This document shows, one piece after another, positions 28,455 through 36,575 of a stretch of 64,000 nt of DNA. Source of the stretch: Kofleriaceae bacterium. Its GTDB lineage: Bacteria; Myxococcota_A; Polyangia; Haliangiales; Haliangiaceae. Positions within the stretch are counted from its first letter, which is position 1; the number at the start of each line of letters is the position of its first letter. Both the position numbers and the translations under genes were made by a program. Under the pieces are notes generated by a model that did not search any database, had not been told where the DNA came from, and saw nothing but the letters and a program-made list of their open reading frames with translations. The DNA lies in the NCBI GenBank assembly GCA_047600425.1, contig JASGLC010000003.1, positions 5,155,832 to 5,219,831 of the forward strand, in the 5' to 3' direction.

Positions 28455-28554
28455 TCACGACAGCCATGTCGTGATCAGTCGGATATGGCCGATCCGGTGT
28501 TCGCTAAGTCCGCGACGGCTCGTATGGCACTGCGGCTGCAAAACCGCTCGGCCT

Positions 28555-29073
28555 ATGCGCTACGCAGTCCTCCTTATCTTGCTCGCCGTGACCACCGCCC
28601 ACGCGCAACCCGCGATGACGCCGCCGCAGTACGCGCCGCAACTTACGACCGACGATCTCGAGGCGATCCACGATGGCTACATCTCTCAGGTGCAAGTCGG
28701 CGTCGGCGCGGGGGCTGCGATCTTCCTCGGGTTCGGCGTCGGGCAAGCGGTCGAAGGTCGGTGGCTGAAGACCGGTTGGATCATGACGGTCGGCGAAACC
28801 GCGAGCCTGATGACGTTCCTCGTCGCGATCGCGCCCTCGTTCGGCGATTGCTTCGACGATTGCCGGCGCACCTCGCAAACCCGGGCCGTGCTCGGGCTCG
28901 GCAGCTTGGCCATCTTCGGCGGGCTCCGGATCTGGGAAGTCGTCGATTCGATCAGCGGGCCGATGCAGCAGAACCGGCGATATCTGGCAGCCCGCGCTCG
29001 TCACCCGGACTTTTACGTCAATCCGGTTTCCCAGGGCGACGGCGCCGTTGTGGGCCTCGCGATGCGGTTCTAG
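28555..29073 (+). CDS. Small secreted/membrane protein, tandem paralog 1.
   Basis: Signal MRYAVLLILLAVTTAHA, then GYISQVQVG...GFGVGQAVEGRWLKTGWIMTVGETAS..., a hydrophobic core, ...WEVVDSISGPMQQNRRYL...VGLAMRF. It shares this architecture with the next gene. Confidence 0.55.
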   Translation: MRYAVLLILLAVTTAHAQPAMTPPQYAPQLTTDDLEAIHDGYISQVQVGVGAGAAIFLGFGVGQAVEGRWLKTGWIMTVGETASLMTFLVAIAPSFGDCFDDCRRTSQTRAVLGLGSLAIFGGLRIWEVVDSISGPMQQNRRYLAARARHPDFYVNPVSQGDGAVVGLAMRF

Positions 29074-29082
29074 AGTAGGCAC

Positions 29083-29616
29083 ATGCGGACGGTGATCTTG
29101 GTGGCGGCAGCATCGCGGCTCGCATTCGCGGAACCGCCGGGCCTCACCGCGCCGACGGCACCGCAGCCGTATCCCACGCCGCGTCTGCAATTGACCGACG
29201 ACGAACAAGACGAGATCGACGCCGGCTACATCTCGCCCGGGCAAACGATCGGCGGCGTGATGATGTCGCTGATGGGCTTCGGGATCGGCCAGGTGGTCGA
29301 AGGCCGCTGGCACGAGACGGGATACATCTTCACCACGGGCGAAGCGCTCTCGATCACCGCGCTCGTCATCGGCGCCGCGAACGGCGGCTTCGACGACGCG
29401 TGTTGTCACCACAACCCCAACGCGAACCTCCTCGCGGTCGGCGGGATGATCGCGTTCATGGGCTTTCACGCGTGGGAGGTCCTCGACGCGGCGGTGGGAC
29501 CCACGAAGCACAATCGCCACGTCTACGAGCTCCGCCAACGCGCGGGCCTCGAAGGCTTCGCGGTGCCGGCGTCGACGGGAACCGGTGGCGTCGCCGGTAT
29601 CTCGCTACGGTTCTAG
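29083..29616 (+). CDS. Small secreted/membrane protein, tandem paralog 2.
   Basis: Signal MRTVILVAAASRLAFA, then GYISPGQTIG...GFGIGQVVEGRWHETGYIFTTGEALS...WEVLDAAVGPTKHNRHVYEL...AGISLRF. Clear similarity to 28555..29073. Confidence 0.55.
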   Translation: MRTVILVAAASRLAFAEPPGLTAPTAPQPYPTPRLQLTDDEQDEIDAGYISPGQTIGGVMMSLMGFGIGQVVEGRWHETGYIFTTGEALSITALVIGAANGGFDDACCHHNPNANLLAVGGMIAFMGFHAWEVLDAAVGPTKHNRHVYELRQRAGLEGFAVPASTGTGGVAGISLRF

Positions 29617-30921
29617 GCCGAGGCGCCGCATCATCGAGCGCACGGTGCCGCCCGGATCGCTCGACGCACCACGTCCGACCTCGCCGAGCAATCGCGCGGC
29701 GCGGGCAGGGGAGTTGTTCGACTTCGCGAGCGCGATCTCCAACGCCGTCCGCTCGAGCTCGTCGCGAATCGCGCGCAAGTTCATCTGTCCGCCGTCGATC
29801 AAGCGCACGATCGCATCGCGATCGAACAGCGCTGTCGCGTGCTTTTCGGGGGCGCCACGCACGACGTGCTCCGGAAGGTCCGAGAGCAACAGCTCCGTGC
29901 CGGCGAGCTTCTTCACGAGCGCCGAGAAGATCGTGTTGCGAAGCTCGCGCACGTTGCCGGGCCACGGATACTTCAGCAACACCGCCATCGCCGCGGGCGT
30001 CACGCGCTCCACCCGATGTGGTGCCGCTGGTTCTTCGCGATAGAACCGCGCGATCAGCGAGTGCACGAGCTCCGGGAGATCCTCGCGGCGATCGCGAAGC
30101 GGAGGCACCTCGATCCGGACGATCGCGAGGCGTTGGTACAAGTCGGAACCGAACTCGCCGCGCTCGACGAGCTCGCCCAGATCGCGATTCGTCGCCGCGA
30201 CGATCCGGAAGTCGACCTGCCGGCCCTGACTCTCACCGAGCCGCGAGGTCACGTGATCCTCGAGCACGCGCAGGAGCTTCACCTGCAATGTCTTCGGCGT
30301 GTCGTCGACCTCGTCGAGGAACACGGTGCCGCCGGAGGCCGCGCGGATCAGGCCATCGTAGTCCGCGACCGCGCCGGAGAACGCTCCCTTCACGTAGCCG
30401 AACAGCTCGCCTTCGATCAATTCGTTCGGAATCGCCGCGCAGTTGATCGGCACGAGCTCGCCCTTGCGGCCGCTGCGCGCGTGGAGGTAGCGCGCGGTGA
30501 GGTCCTTACCGGTGCCGGTCTCGCCCGTGAGGAGCACCGCCATCGAGGTGTGCGCCGCACGATCGATCTCCGCGAGCACGCGACGCGCCGCCGGACTCTT
30601 CGCGATGAACCCGGGCGGCGGCTCGCCGGGCGCGACATCCGCGATCAGCTCGGCATAGCGGCGCGCCAACACCGCAGGCAGGTCGTCATCGATCGCGATC
30701 GCGTCGTACGCACCCGCCAACACCGCGGCGCTGACATCGATCGGATCGAGCTCGCCGGTGCTTACCCAGATCCACGGTGGTGCGGGTGCACGCGTGGGTG
30801 GCTTCGCGGCGACCACCAAGCGAACCACCGCGCGCTCGGCAGCGACCTCGGCGAAGCCCGCGGTGGCGAGTGAACGGCGCGTGATCGTGGGAAATCCGCG
30901 GCCGACGACGGCGATATCCAT
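29605..30921 (-). CDS. Sigma-54-dependent transcriptional activator (AAA+ EBP, Fis-type HTH) with degenerate receiver-like N-terminus.
   Basis: Walker [19 protein letters not shown]-variant ELFGYVKGAFSGA. Walker B GTVFLDEVDD. Arg fingers. C-terminal HTH ...SNNSPARAARLLGV. Confidence 0.8.
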   Translation of the reverse strand: MDIAVVGRGFPTITRRSLATAGFAEVAAERAVVRLVVAAKPPTRAPAPPWIWVSTGELDPIDVSAAVLAGAYDAIAIDDDLPAVLARRYAELIADVAPGEPPPGFIAKSPAARRVLAEIDRAAHTSMAVLLTGETGTGKDLTARYLHARSGRKGELVPINCAAIPNELIEGELFGYVKGAFSGAVADYDGLIRAASGGTVFLDEVDDTPKTLQVKLLRVLEDHVTSRLGESQGRQVDFRIVAATNRDLGELVERGEFGSDLYQRLAIVRIEVPPLRDRREDLPELVHSLIARFYREEPAAPHRVERVTPAAMAVLLKYPWPGNVRELRNTIFSALVKKLAGTELLLSDLPEHVVRGAPEKHATALFDRDAIVRLIDGGQMNLRAIRDELERTALEIALAKSNNSPARAARLLGEVGRGASSDPGGTVRSMMRRLGLEP

Positions 30922-31000
30922 ATCCGTATTGTAATACGCCGGGGCGTATTTTCATCCGACCTGGCGACTCCTCCGCTATGTAAATCCAAAGACTTAGATG

Positions 31001-31016
31001 CGGCACGACCGATGCT
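31001..31016 (+). promoter_or_regulatory. Candidate sigma-54 (-24/-12) promoter for the flotillin-like gene, followed by an RBS-sequestering hairpin.
   Basis: cGGCACgaccgATGCt has GG and GC elements 12 nt apart, versus the TGGCAC-N5-TTGC consensus. It is ~30 nt upstream of ATG 31047 and divergent from the EBP gene. AGCTCCTcgaaattgaaAGGAGCT (31020-31043) is a 7-bp stem that includes the AGGAG Shine-Dalgarno. Confidence 0.4.
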
Positions 31017-31046
31017 CTTTAGCTCCTCGAAATTGAAAGGAGCTCG

Positions 31047-32951
31047 TTGATGGTGCTGCTACATGTCCCTCTGTTCGTCTGGATTGCCGGTGCGGTCGTG
31101 GCCGCTCTCCTGTTCTGCCTGATGTTCGGAACCGTCGTGATCGGGGCCCAAGAATCCGGCCTCGTCACCAAGAAGTACGGTCGAGCATTGCCGCCGGGTC
31201 GCATGATCGCGACGCGCGGTGAAGCAGGCTATCAGGCCGAGTTGCTGCCTCCGGGCTGGCACTTTCCACTCTGGCGCTGGAAATACAGCGTCCGGAAAGT
31301 CGGCTTGGTCGAGGTTCCGTCGGGTGAGATCGCACTCGTCGTCGCGAAGGACGGCACGGCGATTCCGGCGGAGCGCGTGCTCGGCAAAGAGCTGGCTTGC
31401 GACAACTTCCAGGATGCTGCGCGCTTCCTCGATGAAGGAGGCGAGAAAGGACGTCAACTCTCGATGCTCACGGCGGGTCGCTATCGGATCAACCCGGCGT
31501 TGTTCGACATCGTCACGGCGCAACGTGCGGTCAACTTCGGCTTGGCTCCGGATACGCTGCGCGTGTTTCGCGTCCCGTCGGATCGCGTGGGCATCATCAC
31601 GTGTCTCGATGGTCGGCCGATTCCCGCCGGTGAAATCGCGGGCCCGGTCGTCAGTGGTCATGACTCGTTCCAAAGCGCGCAGGCGTTTATCGACGCCGGT
31701 GGCTGCCGCGGTTTGCAAGAGGAGGTGTTGCTCAGTGGTGCATGGAATCTCAACCCGTGGTTCGTGTCGGTCGAGCTGATCCAGCTCACGGAAATCCCGA
31801 TCGGTTATGTCGGCGTGGTGGTCAGCTACGTCGGTGGCGAGCACGTGGACATCAGTGGTGATGGCTTCTCGCACGGCGACCTCGTCGAAAAGGGCCGCAA
31901 GGGTGTGTGGGTCGAGCCGCTGCTTCCCGGCAAGCATCCGGTCAACGCACGAGCGATGAAAGTCGAGCTCGTTCCGACGACGAATATCGTTCTCAACTGG
32001 GCCAACCGTAGCGAGACGCATGCATATGATTCGGGCCTTAGCTCGATCACGGTGCGCTCGCGCGATGGCTTCTCGTTCAACCTAGATGTTGCTGCGATCA
32101 TCCATATCGGTATGAAGAACGCGCCGCGCGTGATCTCGCGCGTCGGTTCGATGCAGAACCTCGTCGATCATGTGTTGCAGCCTACGGTCGGTAACTACTT
32201 CCGTAACTCGGCGCAGGAATCGACGGTGCTCGAGTTCCTCTCCGCGCGCTCGGCGCGGCAACGCGAGGCGTATCTGCATATTCGTGCCGCGGTGGCTGCC
32301 TATGACGTCGACTGTATCGACGCTTTGATCGGTGACATCGAACCCCCGGCGGAGCTGATGAAGACGCAAACGGACAAAAAAATCGCGGACGAGCTACAGC
32401 GCACCTACGACGCGCAACGCGAAGCGCAGATGCGCCGGCAGATGCTCGAGCGCGAGACCGCGGCGGCGAACATGCAGGCCGAGGTCGTGCGTAGCGAGCA
32501 GCAGGTCCGGATCCAGACCCAGATGGCAGAGGCGCGAGTCGCTGCTGCGAGGGGCGAGGCCGAGTCTGCAAAGCTGCGGGCGCAGGCGGAAGCGGAAGTT
32601 CAGCGCGTGACGGCGGCTGCAACCGCGGATGCGATGCGACTCCAGGCGGATGCCGATGCTGATGGTATGCGCGTGCGTGGCGAAGCGAATGCCGATGCGG
32701 AGCGTGCTCGTGGCCAAGCGGCTGCGGCGAGCTACGCCGCGGGTATCGAAGCGCTCGGCGAGCAGAGCTATACGGCGGTGCAGCTGGCGTCGATCCTCGG
32801 TGGAAGTGGCATGAAGCTCGTCCCGGATGTCGTCCTGGGCGAGGGCAGGTCGTCGCTCGCGGACGTCTTGCTCGCGAAGATGGCAACGGGTCGCACGCAA
32901 CAGCTCGAGCTAGCTGAGACGACGCCCGTGAACGGCCACGCGAAGACCTAG
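31047..32951 (+). CDS. SPFH/band-7 flotillin-like membrane protein (YqiK-like).
   Basis: N-terminal TM helix. SPFH core (…LVVAKDGTAIPAERVL…). Long Ala/Glu/Gln/Arg-rich coiled-coil (ERETAAANMQAEVVRSEQQVRIQTQMAEARVAAARGEAESAKLRAQAEAE...). 634 aa. Confidence 0.75.
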   Translation: MMVLLHVPLFVWIAGAVVAALLFCLMFGTVVIGAQESGLVTKKYGRALPPGRMIATRGEAGYQAELLPPGWHFPLWRWKYSVRKVGLVEVPSGEIALVVAKDGTAIPAERVLGKELACDNFQDAARFLDEGGEKGRQLSMLTAGRYRINPALFDIVTAQRAVNFGLAPDTLRVFRVPSDRVGIITCLDGRPIPAGEIAGPVVSGHDSFQSAQAFIDAGGCRGLQEEVLLSGAWNLNPWFVSVELIQLTEIPIGYVGVVVSYVGGEHVDISGDGFSHGDLVEKGRKGVWVEPLLPGKHPVNARAMKVELVPTTNIVLNWANRSETHAYDSGLSSITVRSRDGFSFNLDVAAIIHIGMKNAPRVISRVGSMQNLVDHVLQPTVGNYFRNSAQESTVLEFLSARSARQREAYLHIRAAVAAYDVDCIDALIGDIEPPAELMKTQTDKKIADELQRTYDAQREAQMRRQMLERETAAANMQAEVVRSEQQVRIQTQMAEARVAAARGEAESAKLRAQAEAEVQRVTAAATADAMRLQADADADGMRVRGEANADAERARGQAAAASYAAGIEALGEQSYTAVQLASILGGSGMKLVPDVVLGEGRSSLADVLLAKMATGRTQQLELAETTPVNGHAKT

Positions 32952-32956
32952 TGTTT

Positions 32957-32995
32957 GGCCCGGAGATGAAAAACTCTCCGGGCCGTTTGTGTTTC
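32957..32995 (+). terminator. Rho-independent terminator after the flotillin-like gene.
   Basis: GGCCCGGAG-atgaaaaact-CTCCGGGCC is a perfect 9-bp stem, followed by GTTTGTGTTTC. Lies between the convergent flotillin and uvrA genes. Confidence 0.55.
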
Positions 32996-35919
32996 TAGCT
33001 CGCGCGCTTCGACGCTTTGGCGCGCAGCTGCTTCTCGCGTTCGAGCAGCGGCTTCACGAACTGGCCGGTGTAGCTGCGCGCGATCTTCGCGACATCCTCC
33101 GGTGTTCCGGACGCGATGATCTCACCGCCGGCGGATCCGCCCTCGGGGCCGAGGTCGATGATCCAGTCCGCCGTCTTGATGACGTCCAGGTTGTGCTCGA
33201 TCACGAGCACCGTGTTGCCGCTATCGACGAGTCGGTTCAGCACCTCGAGCAGCTTCTTCACGTCACCGAAGTGGAGACCCGTGGTCGGCTCGTCGAGCAG
33301 ATACAACGTGCGGCCGGTTTGCACGCGCGCGAGCTCCTTCGCGAGCTTCACGCGCTGCGCTTCACCACCGGACAACGTGGTCGCCGGCTGACCGAGCGCG
33401 ATGTAGCCGAGCCCGACGTCGACGAGCGTGTCCATGATCCGGGACAGCTGCTTGTGGTGCTTGAACATCTCGGCCGCTTCTTCGATCGGCGTCTCGAGGA
33501 TCTGCGCGATGTTCTTGCCCTTGTATTCGACTCGCAGCGTGGCGTCGTTGTAGCGCCGGCCCTTGCACACCTCGCACGTGACGAACACGTTCGGCAGGAA
33601 GTGCATCTCGACTTCACGCACGCCGGCGCCTTCACACGCCTCGCACCGGCCGCCGCCTTGCTTCGCCGACACGTTGAACGAGAACCGACCCGATTGGTAA
33701 CCGTACGTCCGCGCCTGCGGCACGTTCGCGTAGAGCTCGCGGATCAAGTCGAACGCCTTCGTATACGTGGCCGGGTTCGAGCGCGGCGTCCGGCCGATCG
33801 GTTGCTGATCGATCACGATCACCTTGTCGACCTTGCCGAGACCCGTGAGCTCGTCGTACGGACCGACGCGATCGAGCGAGCGATGCAGCATCCGGTTCAG
33901 CGCCGGATGCAACGTGGCGTTGATCAGCGACGACTTGCCCGCACCCGAGACTCCGGTGACCGCGACCATCACGCCGAGCGGAATCTCCGCCGTGACGTTC
34001 TTCAGGTTGTGCTCGCGCGCGCCCGACAGCTTGACCCAGCTCGACGGCTCGCGACGCTGCTCCGGCACTTCGATCCGCTCGCGACCCGAGAGGAAGTTGC
34101 CGGTGATCGAATTCGTCGCCTCTTTGATGTCGTCCGGCGTGCCTTCGGCGATCACCTTGCCGCCATGGCGTCCGGCACCCGGACCGAAGTCGACGATCCA
34201 ATCCGCGGCTTCCATCGTGGCTTCGTCGTGCTCGACGACGAGCACCGTGTTGCCGAGGTCGCGCAGGCGATGCAGCGTGCGCACGAGTCGTTCGTTGTCG
34301 CGTTGGTGGAGACCGATCGATGGCTCGTCGAGCACGTACAGAACGCCCGACAATTCCGATCCCAACTGCGACGCGAGCCGGATGCGTTGCGCTTCACCGC
34401 CGGACAGCGTGCCCGCCGAGCGATGCAACGTCAGGTAGTCCAACCCGACGTCGAGTAGGAACGTCAGCCGGTTCTTGATCTCCTTCAACACCTCGCCGGC
34501 GATCTGCAGACGCGAGCCGGTGAGCTTCATCGTGGTGATGAACTCGAACGCGTCCTTCACGGTCATGCCCGTGACTTCGGTGATCGCGCGCTCGTTCACG
34601 AACACCGCGCGCGACTCGGGGCGCAGACGCGTGCCGTTGCACACCGCACACGGAATCGCCCGGAAGAACTGCTCGTAGTGCTGCTTGGTCCGCTCGCTCG
34701 ACGATTCGCGATGACGCCGCTCGAGCTGGCTGAGGATGCCCTCGAACTTCATCGCCCATTCGCCCGTCGAGTGCCGGCCTTCCCACTGCACGTTGACGCG
34801 CTTGTCGCCGGTGCCGTTGAGGAGCACGTCGCGTTGCTTCTCGGACAGCTTGTTCCACGGCTTCTCGAGGTCGATCTTGAACGCCTTCGCGATCGCGTTG
34901 ACGATGTTCGCGGTCCAGCCCGAGTCCTTCGCGATCGCTTCGCCCCACACCGCGACCGCGCCTTGCTTCAGCGATAGCGTTTGATCGGGGACGACGAGAT
35001 CCGGATCCGCGGCCATCCGCTCGCCGAGGCCGTTGCACTCGACGCACATGCCGAGCGGCGAGTTGAACGAGAAGCTCTGCGGCGACAGCTCGGGAAAGCC
35101 GATGCCGCACTTCGGACACGCGTTGTCCTCGGAGTAGGTGCGCGGAATCTTCTCGCCCGCGACCTCGACCATCAGCTTGCCCTTACCCTCGCGAAGCGCG
35201 GTCTCGACGGAGTCCGTCAACCGACCCTTGTCCTTCGGGTTGATCGTGATCCGATCGATCACGAGCTCGATCGAGTGCTTCTTCTGCTTCTCGAGACCGC
35301 TCGTGACTTCGTCGAGACGAACGATCATGCCGTCGATCCGGACGCGCACGAAGCCGGCCTTTTGCAGCTCGGCGAACAGCTCGCGGAACTCGCCCTTGCG
35401 GTTCTCCGCTTTTGGCGCGAGGACGGTGACCTGCGTCTTGTCCGGCAGATCGGCGAGCTCGTCGACGATCTGGCCCGCGGTGCGCGCGCCGACCGGACCG
35501 CCGCACTGGTAGCAACGTTGCTCGCCCGCACGCGCGAACAACACGCGGAGGTAGTCGTAGATCTCGGTCGTGGTGCCGACTGTCGACCGCGGGTTCGAGC
35601 CTGCGGTCTTCTGCTGGATCGCGATCGTCGGCGACAACCCGCGGATCCGCTCGTACTTCGGCTTCTCCATCTGGCCGAGGAACTGCCGCGCGTACGCGGA
35701 CAAGCTCTCGACATAGCGGCGCTGGCCCTCCGCGTACAACGTGTCGAACGCGAGCGAGCTCTTGCCCGAGCCCGAGGGCCCGGTGATCACGACCAGCCGG
35801 TGTTTCGGCAGCTCGAGGTGATCGACGACCAGGTTATGTTCGCGCGCGCCTTCGACGATGATCGCATCCGGCTCTCGCTTGGGGTCGTTACGGCCAGGTC
35901 CCAACGAGTTGCGCGCCAT
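32995..35919 (-). CDS. uvrA: Excinuclease ABC subunit A.
   Basis: REHNLVVDHLELPKHRLVVITGPSGSGKSSLAFDTLYAEGQRRYVESLSAYARQF. Two ABC ATPase modules and zinc fingers. 974 aa. Confidence 0.97.
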   Translation of the reverse strand: MARNSLGPGRNDPKREPDAIIVEGAREHNLVVDHLELPKHRLVVITGPSGSGKSSLAFDTLYAEGQRRYVESLSAYARQFLGQMEKPKYERIRGLSPTIAIQQKTAGSNPRSTVGTTTEIYDYLRVLFARAGEQRCYQCGGPVGARTAGQIVDELADLPDKTQVTVLAPKAENRKGEFRELFAELQKAGFVRVRIDGMIVRLDEVTSGLEKQKKHSIELVIDRITINPKDKGRLTDSVETALREGKGKLMVEVAGEKIPRTYSEDNACPKCGIGFPELSPQSFSFNSPLGMCVECNGLGERMAADPDLVVPDQTLSLKQGAVAVWGEAIAKDSGWTANIVNAIAKAFKIDLEKPWNKLSEKQRDVLLNGTGDKRVNVQWEGRHSTGEWAMKFEGILSQLERRHRESSSERTKQHYEQFFRAIPCAVCNGTRLRPESRAVFVNERAITEVTGMTVKDAFEFITTMKLTGSRLQIAGEVLKEIKNRLTFLLDVGLDYLTLHRSAGTLSGGEAQRIRLASQLGSELSGVLYVLDEPSIGLHQRDNERLVRTLHRLRDLGNTVLVVEHDEATMEAADWIVDFGPGAGRHGGKVIAEGTPDDIKEATNSITGNFLSGRERIEVPEQRREPSSWVKLSGAREHNLKNVTAEIPLGVMVAVTGVSGAGKSSLINATLHPALNRMLHRSLDRVGPYDELTGLGKVDKVIVIDQQPIGRTPRSNPATYTKAFDLIRELYANVPQARTYGYQSGRFSFNVSAKQGGGRCEACEGAGVREVEMHFLPNVFVTCEVCKGRRYNDATLRVEYKGKNIAQILETPIEEAAEMFKHHKQLSRIMDTLVDVGLGYIALGQPATTLSGGEAQRVKLAKELARVQTGRTLYLLDEPTTGLHFGDVKKLLEVLNRLVDSGNTVLVIEHNLDVIKTADWIIDLGPEGGSAGGEIIASGTPEDVAKIARSYTGQFVKPLLEREKQLRAKASKRAS

Positions 35920-36019
35920 AGACCCGGTACCCTAGGGAGCAAATGTTCAGGCGTCAAGCCACCTGAATAACCCCGATCGGTCAGGCGAAAACTCCCGGCT
36001 CAAACCTGACAGCGCGGTG

Positions 36020-36517
36020 TCACTTTTTGAAGAGCTTCGCGTACTGCCCGTAGCCTTCGGCCGCGAGCTTGTCCGCCGGGATGAACTTCAGCGACGCGCT
36101 GTTGATGCAGTAGCGGAGGCCGGTCGGCTTCGGACCATCGCCGAACACGTGGCCGAGGTGCGAATCGCCGAGCTTGCTGCGGACCTCGGTCCGCTCCATG
36201 CCGTGCGTGCCGTCTTTGATCTCGACGAGCTTCGTGCCGTCGATCGGCTGCCAGAAGCTCGGCCAACCGGTGCCCGAGTCGAACTTCTCGGTCGAGCTGA
36301 ACAGCGGCTCGCCGGTCACGATGTCGACGTAGATGCCGGCCGCGTGATTGTCGAAGTACGCGTTGTGGAACGGCGGCTCGGTCCCGCTGTGTTGCGTGAC
36401 CTCGTACTGGATCTCCGACAGCTCCTTCTTCAGCTGATCGTCCGACGGCTTCTTACGAACGCCCGCGAATGCAGTCGCCGAGAAGAGAAGGGTCAGTGCC
36501 AGTGCTCGAATCATCAT
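36020..36517 (-). CDS. msrB: Peptide-methionine (R)-S-oxide reductase MsrB with signal peptide.
   Basis: Signal [18 protein letters not shown]. SelR domain [32 protein letters not shown]...[10 protein letters not shown]...[11 protein letters not shown]. Confidence 0.9.
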   Translation of the reverse strand: MMIRALALTLLFSATAFAGVRKKPSDDQLKKELSEIQYEVTQHSGTEPPFHNAYFDNHAAGIYVDIVTGEPLFSSTEKFDSGTGWPSFWQPIDGTKLVEIKDGTHGMERTEVRSKLGDSHLGHVFGDGPKPTGLRYCINSASLKFIPADKLAAEGYGQYAKLFKK

Positions 36518-36575
36518 CGAAACGTGCCTCCTGCCTTAGATACGAGCAAGGCAGGAGGACGTTACGGTGTTTCTA

